Positions 30,325 to 40,000 of a stretch of 64,000 bases of DNA are shown piece by piece (positions within the stretch are counted from its first letter, which is position 1; each line of letters opens with the position of its first letter). The notes beneath the pieces are model-generated. The model made no database searches. It had not been told where the DNA came from and saw nothing but the letters and a program-made list of their open reading frames with translations. The DNA is taken from positions 324,900 through 388,899 of the forward strand of contig CBDDOO010000001.1 of NCBI GenBank assembly GCA_965231905.1, in the 5' to 3' direction. Source of the DNA: Arenicellales bacterium (lineage in GTDB: Bacteria > Pseudomonadota > Gammaproteobacteria > Arenicellales > Poriferihabitantaceae). Both the position numbers and the translations under genes were made by a program.

Positions 30325-31647
30325 CTAAAGTGTCTGCCGATCAATCCCCAGATCGAATTTTTCGCCCGGAAAATACTTGTAGAGACGGTCATCCCCGCTG
30401 CGGGCGTGGCCTTCCATGCCTTCCGCGCGGGAGATTCTCGCGGTTACCGCGCCAACATCCCGGTTGGCCTGTTGACTCATGCGCTGGTAAGTCAGCGTTT
30501 TTATGAACTTGGCTACACTGAGTCCGCCGGTATAGCGCGCCGCCCCCTTGGTTGGCAGAATATGATTGGTCCCTGAACACTTGTCGCCGTAAGAAACTGT
30601 CGTTTCTTCACCGAGAAACAGGGAGCCGTAGTTATTCAGGTTTTCAAGCCACCAGTCGAGGTCCCGACAGTGGACTTCAAGATGTTCACTGGCGTAACGG
30701 TCGCTGACCTGGACGGCTTCCTCCCGCGAGTCGACCACAACCACTTCGCCGTAGTCGCGCCAGGCGCTTTGCGCGGTTGAACGATTGGGCTCGGCCAGTC
30801 TCTCGATATACTTCGGCATCTGTTCGATGACTTTTTCGGCCAGCGCCCTGGAAGTACTGATCAGCCACGCGGGGGAATCGGGGCCGTGTTCCGCCTGACT
30901 TGCCAGATCGCAGGCGACGATTTCAGGGTCGGCCGTTTCATCCGCGATGATCAATACTTCGGTGGGGCCGGCGAACATGTCAATACCGACCTGACCGAAC
31001 AGGATTCGTTTGGCTTCCGCTACAAACCGGTTTCCCGGACCCACGAGTATATCCGCCGGATTGCCGGTGAACAGGCCGAAGGCCAGGGCGGCCACTCCCT
31101 GAACGCCGCCAAGATGGAGTATGGTATCCGCTCCGGCATAATTCGCCGCGTACAGGATCGCGGGATGAACACCGCGTTCACCGTGTGTCGGAGAGCAGGC
31201 AATGACATGACTGACGCCAGCGACTTTGGCTGTGGTGACGCTCATGATTGCGGAAGCGATGTGTGCGTAGCGTCCGCCGGGTATGTAACAACCCGCGGTT
31301 TGCACCGGAATCAGGCGTTGTCCGCAAAAGAGGCCGGGAGACAATTCAGTCTCGAACTCGCTCATGCTTCCCAACTGCGCTTGGGCGAAGGCTTTCACAC
31401 GCGCATGGGAGAACTGGATATCCTGCCGGGTCTGTTCAGACAGTGACGCCGTCGCCTGTTCGATTTCCTCTTCCCTTACGATCACGTCCTTCTCCCAGCC
31501 ATCCAGTTTCTGTGCATACTCCCTGACTTTCTCTTCGCCGCCCTGTTCGATTTCCCGCAGCATGGCGCGAACGGTTTCATGTGTGTCGTCCTGTCCAGAG
31601 GCAGGGGTTCTGGACGCTTTTTTGATGTAGTGAATTGCCATTGTCAA
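30325..31647 (-). CDS. hpsN: histidinol dehydrogenase-family enzyme, candidate sulfopropanediol 3-dehydrogenase
   Basis: Full-length HisD-like protein (440 aa). It sits away from any his genes, between a TRAP transporter and SDR/Zn-ADH genes, which is the same order as hpsKLMNOP. The symbol is a synteny-based proposal. Confidence 0.6.
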   Translation of the reverse strand: MTMAIHYIKKASRTPASGQDDTHETVRAMLREIEQGGEEKVREYAQKLDGWEKDVIVREEEIEQATASLSEQTRQDIQFSHARVKAFAQAQLGSMSEFETELSPGLFCGQRLIPVQTAGCYIPGGRYAHIASAIMSVTTAKVAGVSHVIACSPTHGERGVHPAILYAANYAGADTILHLGGVQGVAALAFGLFTGNPADILVGPGNRFVAEAKRILFGQVGIDMFAGPTEVLIIADETADPEIVACDLASQAEHGPDSPAWLISTSRALAEKVIEQMPKYIERLAEPNRSTAQSAWRDYGEVVVVDSREEAVQVSDRYASEHLEVHCRDLDWWLENLNNYGSLFLGEETTVSYGDKCSGTNHILPTKGAARYTGGLSVAKFIKTLTYQRMSQQANRDVGAVTARISRAEGMEGHARSGDDRLYKYFPGEKFDLGIDRQTL

Positions 31648-31675
31648 GTTTCAAAATTGCGAATTGTGTTTGTTA

Positions 31676-33019
31676 TTATCCGAGGCTATACAGATATTCC
31701 GGCAGCCATAGCGCGATTTGCGGGAAGGCAATGATCAGAATCAAGCCGATCAACTGGATCACCATGAATTGCAGCATGCCGCCATAGATATCCTTCAGAT
31801 CCCATTCGGGCACGACGCCCTTGAGGAAATAGGCCGACAGGGCGACCGGCGGCGATAGCCAGGCGGTTTGCAGGTTCACCGCAACCAGAATTCCGAACCA
31901 GATCAGGTTAAACCCGAGTTTATCGATCAACGGCAGCAGGATTGGCACGATGATCAGAACAATCGGCACCCATTCCAGCGGCCAGCCCAGCAAAAAGATC
32001 AGCACCATCACTATTGCGAGGATCGCGTAAGGCGACATATCCAGTGTCAGCAGGACTTCGGTCAGCATGGTCGGCGTACCCAGTCTTGCGAACACGGCGC
32101 CAAAGAAATTCGAGGCGGCCACCAGCACCAGTATCAGGGCTGAGATTTCCAGGGTTTTGATCAGCGCATCCTTGAACCCCGGCCAGTTCAGTTTCCTGTA
32201 GGCTGCCGCGAGCAGAAACGCGCCGAAGGCGCCCATACCGGCGGCTTCTGTCGGGGTGGCGAATCCGAGCAGGATGCTGCCCAGCGCAAAACCGACCAGC
32301 GCCGCGGGCGGTACGAGGCCGAGGAAAAACTCCTTCCACACATGGGACATTGAAGTCGGTTGCAATTCTTCCGGCAGGGGCGGGCCCAGGGACGGATTGA
32401 GTTGGCAGCGGATCAGCGCGTAGCCGGTATACAGGAAAGCCAGCATGAAACCCGGAATGATGGCGGCGGCGAAAAGATCGGTGACCGGCACTTCCAGGAT
32501 CGGCCCCATGACCACCAGCATGATACTGGGCGGGATCAAAATTCCCAACGTACCACCTGCGGTGATCGCTCCGGCCGAAAGTTGCACATCGTAACCGGCG
32601 CGATTCATGGTTTTGGCCGCCATGATGCCGAGAATGGTCACCGAAGCGCCTACAATGCCGGTGGCGGCGGCAAAAATGGTAGAGACAAAGAGTACCGCGA
32701 TATAGAGGGCGCCACGGGTGCGGGACAGGGCGAGTTGCACTGCGTTGAACAACCGCTCCATCAGGCCGGCCTGCTCCATCAGGATACCCATGAAAATGAA
32801 TAATGGCACCGCGGCCAGTGTCTGTTCCAGCATGACCCCGGAAAACTGGAACGTCATCAGATAGAAAACCAGTTCCCCGAACCCCCACAGGCCAAAGGTC
32901 ATACCGAGGAAAATCAAGGTGAACGAAATCGGGAAGCCGACAAAAATGGCAAACAACATGCAGGCGACCATGATCAGCCCGATATATTCGGGTTGCAGAT
33001 TGACAAGGAAATCAATCAT
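31676..33019 (-). CDS. TRAP transporter large permease (DctM family)
   Basis: 447-aa polytopic membrane protein; abuts the small permease gene with no gap. Confidence 0.9.
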   Translation of the reverse strand: MIDFLVNLQPEYIGLIMVACMLFAIFVGFPISFTLIFLGMTFGLWGFGELVFYLMTFQFSGVMLEQTLAAVPLFIFMGILMEQAGLMERLFNAVQLALSRTRGALYIAVLFVSTIFAAATGIVGASVTILGIMAAKTMNRAGYDVQLSAGAITAGGTLGILIPPSIMLVVMGPILEVPVTDLFAAAIIPGFMLAFLYTGYALIRCQLNPSLGPPLPEELQPTSMSHVWKEFFLGLVPPAALVGFALGSILLGFATPTEAAGMGAFGAFLLAAAYRKLNWPGFKDALIKTLEISALILVLVAASNFFGAVFARLGTPTMLTEVLLTLDMSPYAILAIVMVLIFLLGWPLEWVPIVLIIVPILLPLIDKLGFNLIWFGILVAVNLQTAWLSPPVALSAYFLKGVVPEWDLKDIYGGMLQFMVIQLIGLILIIAFPQIALWLPEYLYSLG

Positions 33020-33634
33020 CTAAACAGGCCACCTGCCACGGGTAATTGCATACCAGCATTTCAGTAATTCGGATATGCCCTGCATTAACAACAGCACGAC
33101 CCCGATCGGAATGGCGCTTTTTATCGGTCCCATGTAGGGCATCCAGGCCGTGTCCATGCCGCGTTCTCCCCGATCAATCGAGGTCCAGGCATAATCAATC
33201 GACATCCACAGGAAAACCAGCATACCAGGGAAATAAAAGAGTATGTACAATGTGCCGTCCACGATTCCCTGGGTTCGTTCCGACCAGTTGCGGTATATAA
33301 AGTCGGCGCGGATATGTACGCCGCGTGACAAGGCATAGCCAGCGCCCAGCATGAACATCGCGCCGTACAGCATGCGGCTGACATCGTAGGCCCACATTGT
33401 CGGAGCAATAAAGAACTTGCGGGCGATGACCTCATAGACCATCGCCAGACACATCGGTACCAGAAACCAGCAAACCAGTTTCCCCACCAGCATACTGGTA
33501 CGGTCTATCCAACTGATCAGGCAGGCTACCCAGGGTGGCATGTCGTCTGGCAGATTACCCGGATCGGCGGCACGGCGTTCCGCTATCAACTCGTCCGCAA
33601 TTTCGAGTTCGTCTGGAATAATTTCTTCAGCCAT
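33020..33634 (-). CDS. TRAP transporter small permease (DctQ family)
   Basis: 204 aa, about 4 TM helices, immediately upstream of the DctM-type gene. Confidence 0.85.
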   Translation of the reverse strand: MAEEIIPDELEIADELIAERRAADPGNLPDDMPPWVACLISWIDRTSMLVGKLVCWFLVPMCLAMVYEVIARKFFIAPTMWAYDVSRMLYGAMFMLGAGYALSRGVHIRADFIYRNWSERTQGIVDGTLYILFYFPGMLVFLWMSIDYAWTSIDRGERGMDTAWMPYMGPIKSAIPIGVVLLLMQGISELLKCWYAITRGRWPV

Positions 33635-33707
33635 GGCTGTGATGCCCCGGTGCTTGGAGGAGACAGTATAACCCGCTTTTGGCCGGATGCGTGATTATTT
33701 TGAGGAT

Positions 33708-33744
33708 GATACCCGATACGGGCCCGAAAGCCCGTATCGGTATC
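33708..33744 (-). promoter_or_regulatory. strong intercistronic hairpin between TRAP binding-protein and permease genes
   Basis: GATAC-C-CGATACGGGC / CCGAAA loop / GCCCGTATCG-GTATC gives a 15-bp stem with one bulge, inside the 158-nt dctP-dctQ spacer. Confidence 0.6.
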
Positions 33745-33792
33745 CTTATGCGATTGCGCCTCTGACTGAATTAAGGCGCGTGATGTGAAGAT

Positions 33793-34905
33793 TTATTGCG
33801 CCATTTGCTGCAATTGCTTGGCATAAGCCTGGCCAAGGTTGGCGTTTGAGGTTTGTGCGCCAGCCCAGAACGGAACCGCGATATCTGCAAACGCTTTTTG
33901 CGAATTCCAGACCTCGGCGAAGAACTCGTTTTCGGCGGCATTTTTCTCAAGGCTTGCCTTCGCCGCGTTCATGTAAGCCGGGAAATAATCGGCGGGCGTA
34001 TCATGCAGAATAACACCGTGATTTTCCGTCAGGTCTTTCAGCGCCTTGCCGTTTTCATAGATTCGATAACTCATGGAACGAATCAGGGAAGCATCGGCGG
34101 CGATATTGATCGCGTTTTTCTGGTCTTCGGTCAGGCTGTTCCAGACATCGCCATTGATGTAAAGATCCGCGTTGACCACGACCTGATGAAGTCCCTGCAG
34201 GTAGTAGTGTTTCAGCACTTTCTGGAAGCCGAACACACTATCCGGTTTCGGGCAGCACCATTCGGCCGCGTCAATCGTGCCTTTTTCCAGCGCTGGCAGA
34301 ATGTCACCGCCTCCCATCGCTACGCTGGCAACGCCAATGTCCTTATAGGTCTGGCCGGGAATGCCGGGAGGGGTGCGGAAACGGTATTTCCGGAAATCAT
34401 CCATGCTGTTGATCGGTTCCTTGAACCACCCCAACGCCTCCGGGCCAACCGGCTGGAGCATGACGCCATGGACATTCAAGCCCATTTCATCCCACAAACG
34501 GTCATACAGTTCGCGTCCACCTCCGTTCATGAACCATGAGATAAAGGCAATGTTGTCGATACCCACGCCAGCGCCTGCAACCGGAGAACCGAACAGCATG
34601 GCGGCGGGGTGTTGGCCGGACCAGTAATGCGTCCAGGCGAAGCCGCCTTCAACCAGACCCTTGTCCACCGCGTTCAGAATATCCCGTCCGCTCACGATGG
34701 CGCCGTCAGGCAGCACTTCAATCTGCACTTCGCCGTTAGTCAGGGCGGCGACATTTGCGGCGAAATCCTTCAGCATGACGATTTCATCCGCCTTGGTCGG
34801 CAGTACCGACTGAACCCGGATTTTTACCTCCGCGATTGCGCTGGCGCCGACCAGCATGGACAGTCCGATCAGGGTGGCTGCCACTCGTTTAAAAGTTCTA
34901 ATCAT
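33793..34905 (-). CDS. TRAP transporter substrate-binding protein (DctP family)
   Basis: Signal peptide MIRTFKRVAATLIGLSMLVGASAIA. 370 aa, first gene of the TRAP cluster. Confidence 0.9.
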   Translation of the reverse strand: MIRTFKRVAATLIGLSMLVGASAIAEVKIRVQSVLPTKADEIVMLKDFAANVAALTNGEVQIEVLPDGAIVSGRDILNAVDKGLVEGGFAWTHYWSGQHPAAMLFGSPVAGAGVGIDNIAFISWFMNGGGRELYDRLWDEMGLNVHGVMLQPVGPEALGWFKEPINSMDDFRKYRFRTPPGIPGQTYKDIGVASVAMGGGDILPALEKGTIDAAEWCCPKPDSVFGFQKVLKHYYLQGLHQVVVNADLYINGDVWNSLTEDQKNAINIAADASLIRSMSYRIYENGKALKDLTENHGVILHDTPADYFPAYMNAAKASLEKNAAENEFFAEVWNSQKAFADIAVPFWAGAQTSNANLGQAYAKQLQQMAQ

Positions 34906-35092
34906 TTGTATCTATCTCCTAATTACTGTATTTTGGTGTTTGTATGGATAACTTCAAGTTGGTTTCCCAAAAAAATCTCAGGAAAATATAAAAAAGAATC
35001 CGCCCGATTGAAAGAGCAGATTCTATACGAAAACGCAAATTAGTTGTTGATCTCTGCTATTGCGGCCCGTATCTTGACACATAAAGCCGGTG

Positions 35093-35737
35093 TTAGCAAT
35101 GGATTTCCCCGGACCGGATTTCCCCGGACTGGATTCTGACTACATCAGCATCGTCCATTTTTTTCAGGGCCATTGCCAGTGAGCCTTCCATATCAATGGC
35201 GCGGCAGGCATCCTCAATCAGGACTACATCGAATCCTTCCGATCGGGCGTCAAGCGCCGACCAGGCCACACAAAAATCCGTCGCCAGGCCAGCCATGAAA
35301 ATTCGCCCGAATCCACGGCCGTGGAGATAACCGGCAAGTCCGGTCGGAGTTGTCTGGTCATTTTCAAAAAACGCGGAATAGGAATCTATTTCCGGTCGAA
35401 ACCCCTTACGGAGAATCAATTCTGTATTCCTGACATCAAGCCGGGCATGGAATGCCGCTCCTGAAGAACCCTGGACACAGTGGTCCGGCCACAAAACCTG
35501 GTCGCCATAAGGCATCCGGATCTGGTCAAACGGGGAATGTCCGGTATGGCTGGACGCGAAGGAGCTATGGTTTGCAGGGTGCCAGTCCTGGGTCAGTATC
35601 CGGTGCTGGAATTTTTCCGAAACTGCGTTGATAACCGGAACAACCGCGTCCCCATCCGGGACTTCCAGCGCTCCCCCGGCGCAAAAATCGTTTTGCACGT
35701 CAATAATCAGCAGGCAATCAGTGTTGTTTGGTATCAT
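35093..35737 (-). CDS. pncA: nicotinamidase/pyrazinamidase (isochorismatase family)
   Basis: LLIIDVQNDFCAGGALEV, TQDWHPANHSSF, GLATDFCV (catalytic Cys). Start at ATG 35737 (MIPNNTDCLLIID). Confidence 0.9.
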   Translation of the reverse strand: MIPNNTDCLLIIDVQNDFCAGGALEVPDGDAVVPVINAVSEKFQHRILTQDWHPANHSSFASSHTGHSPFDQIRMPYGDQVLWPDHCVQGSSGAAFHARLDVRNTELILRKGFRPEIDSYSAFFENDQTTPTGLAGYLHGRGFGRIFMAGLATDFCVAWSALDARSEGFDVVLIEDACRAIDMEGSLAMALKKMDDADVVRIQSGEIRSGEIHC

Positions 35738-35775
35738 TTTGATTTCTGGTATTCGGATACTGTGCCATAATAAAC
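35584..35775. repeat. direct repeat copy A (pncA promoter + first ~50 codons)
   Basis: Aligns by eye with 43304-43502. It contains a ~100-nt near-identical core (GATAACCGGAA...CAGGCAATCAGTGTTGTTT), and homology starts at AGTCCTGGGTCAG in both copies. Confidence 0.85.
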
Positions 35776-35865
35776 TATCAGCAATAATCTTCCAACGCTC
35801 AGCAGACATGACTATTCAAGATTGGCTGTCTCGGCACAATGCCGGGGTCGTGCAGGTATTGTGCC

Positions 35866-36072
35866 ATGCCTGACGCAGTCCATCTTCTGACCGTCTTGGT
35901 CGTTGCCGCAGCGCTGATGTCGGCAGTTATCAGGGGAGCGGCAATCATCTGGGGAAAGGCTGACAGCGCGATCCTGAAAATCATCATCATTGTGCTATGG
36001 CTGACCGCCTTCCCGGCTATGCTGGGAATATCAGTCCTCGTCGGGCTTTTTGGTCGGCGTTCATTCGCTTGA
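35866..36072 (+). CDS. possible small two-TM membrane protein
   Basis: MPDAVHLLTVLVVAAALMSAVIRGAAIIWG...IIIIVLWLTAFPAMLGISVLVGLFG. Supported by hydrophobicity only; an antisense ORF of similar size exists. Confidence 0.3.
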   Translation: MPDAVHLLTVLVVAAALMSAVIRGAAIIWGKADSAILKIIIIVLWLTAFPAMLGISVLVGLFGRRSFA

Positions 36073-36128
36073 TTGCACCGCAATCATGAGTTACATTGTG
36101 ATCCCGATCATTATCGCAGTACCAGAAC

Positions 36129-36374
36129 ATGGCAAGCATAACAATCCGCAATCTTGACGACGACGTGAAGACGCGCCTCCGCGTACGCGCCGCTGAGCAT
36201 CACCATTCGATGGAGGAAGAGGTGCGCATCATTCTGTGCAACGCCGTGAATGGCAGGCAGGACGGTCCCCGGGATCTGGCGAAGTTCACGCGCGAGTGCT
36301 TCGCTCCCCTTGGCGGTGTGCAACTCGAACTCTCTCCACGCGGCCCGATGCGAGAACCTCCTGATTTCTCCTGA
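36129..36374 (+). CDS. FitA/VapB-type ribbon-helix-helix antitoxin
   Basis: MASITIRNLDDDVKTRLRVRAAEHHHSMEEEVRIIL is the typical FitA/StbC RHH N-terminus. Immediately precedes the PIN gene. Confidence 0.85.
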   Translation: MASITIRNLDDDVKTRLRVRAAEHHHSMEEEVRIILCNAVNGRQDGPRDLAKFTRECFAPLGGVQLELSPRGPMREPPDFS

Positions 36375-36384
36375 TGTGGTCTGC

Positions 36385-36834
36385 ATGTTCGCCATAGATA
36401 CTAATGTCGCTTCCGAACTCATGCGCCCGCAGCCGAAGCCCTCCGTCGTGGCATGGATTGCCGAACGTGACGCACAGGAGATGTATCTGACGGCGGTGAG
36501 TGAGGCGGAATTGCGCTATGGCGTCGCGATCATGCCAGCGGGCAGGCGACGAACCACATTGGAGGCCGCCATGATCCGCTGGCTTGATCATGGCTTCAAA
36601 AAGCGGATTCTCCCGTTCGACAGCGCCGCGGCCCGCGCCTACGCAGAGGTCGCGGCTGAGCGCCGCCACGCAGGCCGGCCAATCGGCGAGGCCGACTGCC
36701 AGATCGCCGCTATATGCCGCGCCCGTGGCGTTGTTCTGGTCACGCGCAACCTGCGGGACTTTCAATGTACCGGGATCGAGGTCGTTGATCCTTGGGCGGA
36801 GGTCAGCGCCCCGGAGATCTACCCAGATAGATAA
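36385..36834 (+). CDS. vapC: PIN-domain toxin (VapC/FitB type)
   Basis: MFAIDTNV (first acidic residue), SAVSEAEL, and CQIAAICRARGVVLVTRNLRDF (C-terminal acidic/PIN signature). GTG at 36376 is an alternative start. Confidence 0.85.
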   Translation: MFAIDTNVASELMRPQPKPSVVAWIAERDAQEMYLTAVSEAELRYGVAIMPAGRRRTTLEAAMIRWLDHGFKKRILPFDSAAARAYAEVAAERRHAGRPIGEADCQIAAICRARGVVLVTRNLRDFQCTGIEVVDPWAEVSAPEIYPDR

Positions 36835-37043
36835 CTGAACATGAGGTTCGGGTCTCGGTTCTGTTCGTTCACGCGTATCATCGGTCGTGAGTTTTCGGAT
36901 TATGCTCCGATTCGGACGGGTGCTGGATGAACGAGGCCGATACTTGGTCGTGCTCCTTAGAATTCAAGTCGCCCGCCTGCATTTTGTTAGACAAAGTGGT
37001 GTACTAATTCTGTCTGCTGCAAGACAGATTATTACCCCTGCAA

Positions 37044-40000
37044 TTACAGGGAGCTCAAACCACCTTGGTAGGCAGCTTCCAGCCGTTTCCTGCCTTTTTC
37101 ACCAATACGGCGCATGCCGAGCCATTTGCGCATTTCCACAACTACATCCTCCTGGTTACAGCCACAATCAATAAAGTAGCGGGACATGGCCACGAGTTCA
37201 GACATGGCAACATCTTCTGCAGCACGCTGATGTGAAAATCCATCAACCACACGAAAGCTGTCCCAGTTGGGTGCATCAGCGTTCACCAGCCACACGAATC
37301 GTGTGTCATCTTCCGTGGTAATTTGCAGCCTGTCATTGCTTTTCAGAACTTCACCAAGTACCCGGTTGATCCTGCTGCCTGCACTTTTGAAGCCATGGGC
37401 CTTGGTAATCAATTTGAACAGGACTTCCTCACGAATTGGCTGCTCATGCTGAACGATTTGCTCCATCAGACGAGCGTGTGTAGTGCGGTAGTGAAACTCG
37501 TAAAAACTGTCCTGCTTAAGGTGCAAGTCACTAGAACCTTCACTCCAAGGGATGTACTCACACTTACCCGGTATCTCAGGGGCATCCTCTACCACCTCAC
37601 CAGCAACCTTTTCCCACACCATCTCCTGGGGATCAGCCTTCAAAGAGAGATCATGGTCATCCTCATCCGTACCTGCAAGATTTGTATCAACATCCCCTTC
37701 TGCATTCCTTATCCACTGCTTCGCATCTGTCGCGTTTGCTGCGCCCTCCGAAGGCACTTCATTGTCCTCATCGAAAGACTCCAGCAACTCACGTAACTGC
37801 TGGTCCACATGATTGACACAATCCTCCGGGGCAACCCACCAGTCTGTGGACCAGATTCTCAGAATCTTCCACCCCAGTCCCTCCAGAACTTGCTGGCGCA
37901 GGAAATCCCGGTCACGTGCCGTGGCAGAACGGTGATAAGTCGCACCGTCACATTCGATACCGGCAAGATACATCCCGGCCTTGTCAGGATGAACAACACC
38001 AAGATCAATGCGAAAATCGGACACACCGATCTGGCTGTGAACCATCCAGCCCCGCTCCTCCAGCCGAATCGCAACCTGCTCTTCGAAGGGTGAGTCAAAA
38101 GTTCCCAACGGACGTTCGATCGACTCTCCGATTGCTTTCGCGCCCCGTTTGGCAAAATCCATGAAGTGCTTCATGTCTCTCACACCGGCTGCTGCTGTAC
38201 GGGACAAATCGATATCTTCCGGCTGCATGCTGGAGTAGACATGCATTTCATTGCGTGCACGGGTGATTGCAACGTTCAGTCGCCTTGGCCCGCCGTCCTG
38301 ATTCAAAGGCCCGAAATTCATCGACAAGCGGCCCGAATGGTCCTTTCCGTAGGTCATGGAAAAGTAGATGATCGAGCGTTCGTCCCCTTGCACACTCTCT
38401 ATGTTTTTCACGAAGATGGCCTCAATGTTATCTTCTGCAAAGAAAGGTTCGATCTCGGGGTAATCCCTGCGTGCCTTCTCCAGCAGGTCTTCAATGAGAA
38501 CCTGTTGTTCCTGATTGAAGGTAACCACTCCGATGGTCATGCCCGTTTTTTTGAATTCCGGATCACGCAGCCTGGATACTATGCTGTCGACCACGGCTCT
38601 TGCTTCGGGTTGATTGATCCGGTTGCCGCCTTTCTCATACAGTCCGTCACGAACATGGTGGAACGATACCGCGGTGTCGGTCGTAGCCGGCGACGGAAAA
38701 GTGATTAGCCCACCCCTGTAGTAGTTGTGATTGCTGAAGGTGATGAGAGACTCTTGTCGTGAGCGGTAATGCCACTTCAGTTGATAGGTAGGCAGATTAG
38801 CGCCCATGCATTCATCGAGGATGGATTCCAGGTCTCCAACATCAATATCGCTGTCGTTGTCCTCATCCTCCTGGCGGTTGAAAAATGAGGTCGGCGGCAG
38901 CTGCTTCGGATCACCTACAACAATGGCCTGATTCGCCCTTGCAATAGCCCCAATGGCATCCCATGGCGTGATCTGACTGGCCTCATCAAAGATCACTACA
39001 TCGAAGAACGTCCCCTCAGGGGGCAGGTACTGGGCCACCGACATGGGACTCATCATCACACAGGGAGTGAGCTTGAACAGATTGCTGCCAAGCTTTTCCA
39101 CCAACTGACGCACCGGTATATGACGGCGCTTTTTTTGAATTTCCCGACTGAGCACATGCCACGTCGAGCCTTGCGGAATATGACCACGCGAGGGGATTAC
39201 CTGGCTGAGTTTGGCAAACACGTAGGCTTGGGTAAGTTCCATGAAGTGCTCGTCCAGCTTCACGAAATCCTCAATCGTGCGCACATGCTCGGCGGGCACG
39301 AATTTTCGGATTACATCATCATTGTCCACGGCATGATTCAACCACCAGCGGTGATAGTTCACCCTGAAGGCTTCCTCGGCCGTGTTGCCTGCAAGGGCGC
39401 CTTTTTCAACGGCTTCCACTAATGACTGCATGCCTTTTGCCAAGGCATCGTTTCGAACCCACCGCCAGGCGGTCCAGGCCTTCAGCCTAGGAGCCTGTTC
39501 CAGCCACTGTGCACAAGTATCTATGGTCGTTTGCAAAAACGACTTCTCGTCAGACTTTACATGCAAGTCACCGGTCACGGCAATGGTCGTACCCAGGGAC
39601 AGTTGAGCTGCCTCAAAGGCCTCTAGTGACTGCACGAATGTGTTCGCCGATGTCTGGATCTTACCGCTCGGGCCCAACAGGTCTGTAGACTGAAGCAGCA
39701 TGATCATCGTGGATGTGGCCTCGCGATAGGCCTCTGGTGATGCGAATAGTGCACCCATCACACTTCTTAGCTCATGGCCAAACTCCGCAGCGTGTGTGAA
39801 AAGTGCAGGATCCGTGTGAATACCCTCGAACTTCCTGCCGATGACCTGATCCAAGCCCTTGAGCATCTCAAATGCCGTCCTCGTTTTTTTGGCATTTGAG
39901 AGATGGGCAAGATCGGAGGTGACACCAGAGATTTTCGAGCCCCCAGAAAATGGCTTGAGCCGGGCTTTTACGGCCTTGACACCCAGCCATTTCGCCAGGA

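Noticed and set aside
36111-36422. 103-aa minus-strand ORF
   Set aside because: It is antisense to the RHH antitoxin gene, which has a textbook FitA-like N-terminus.
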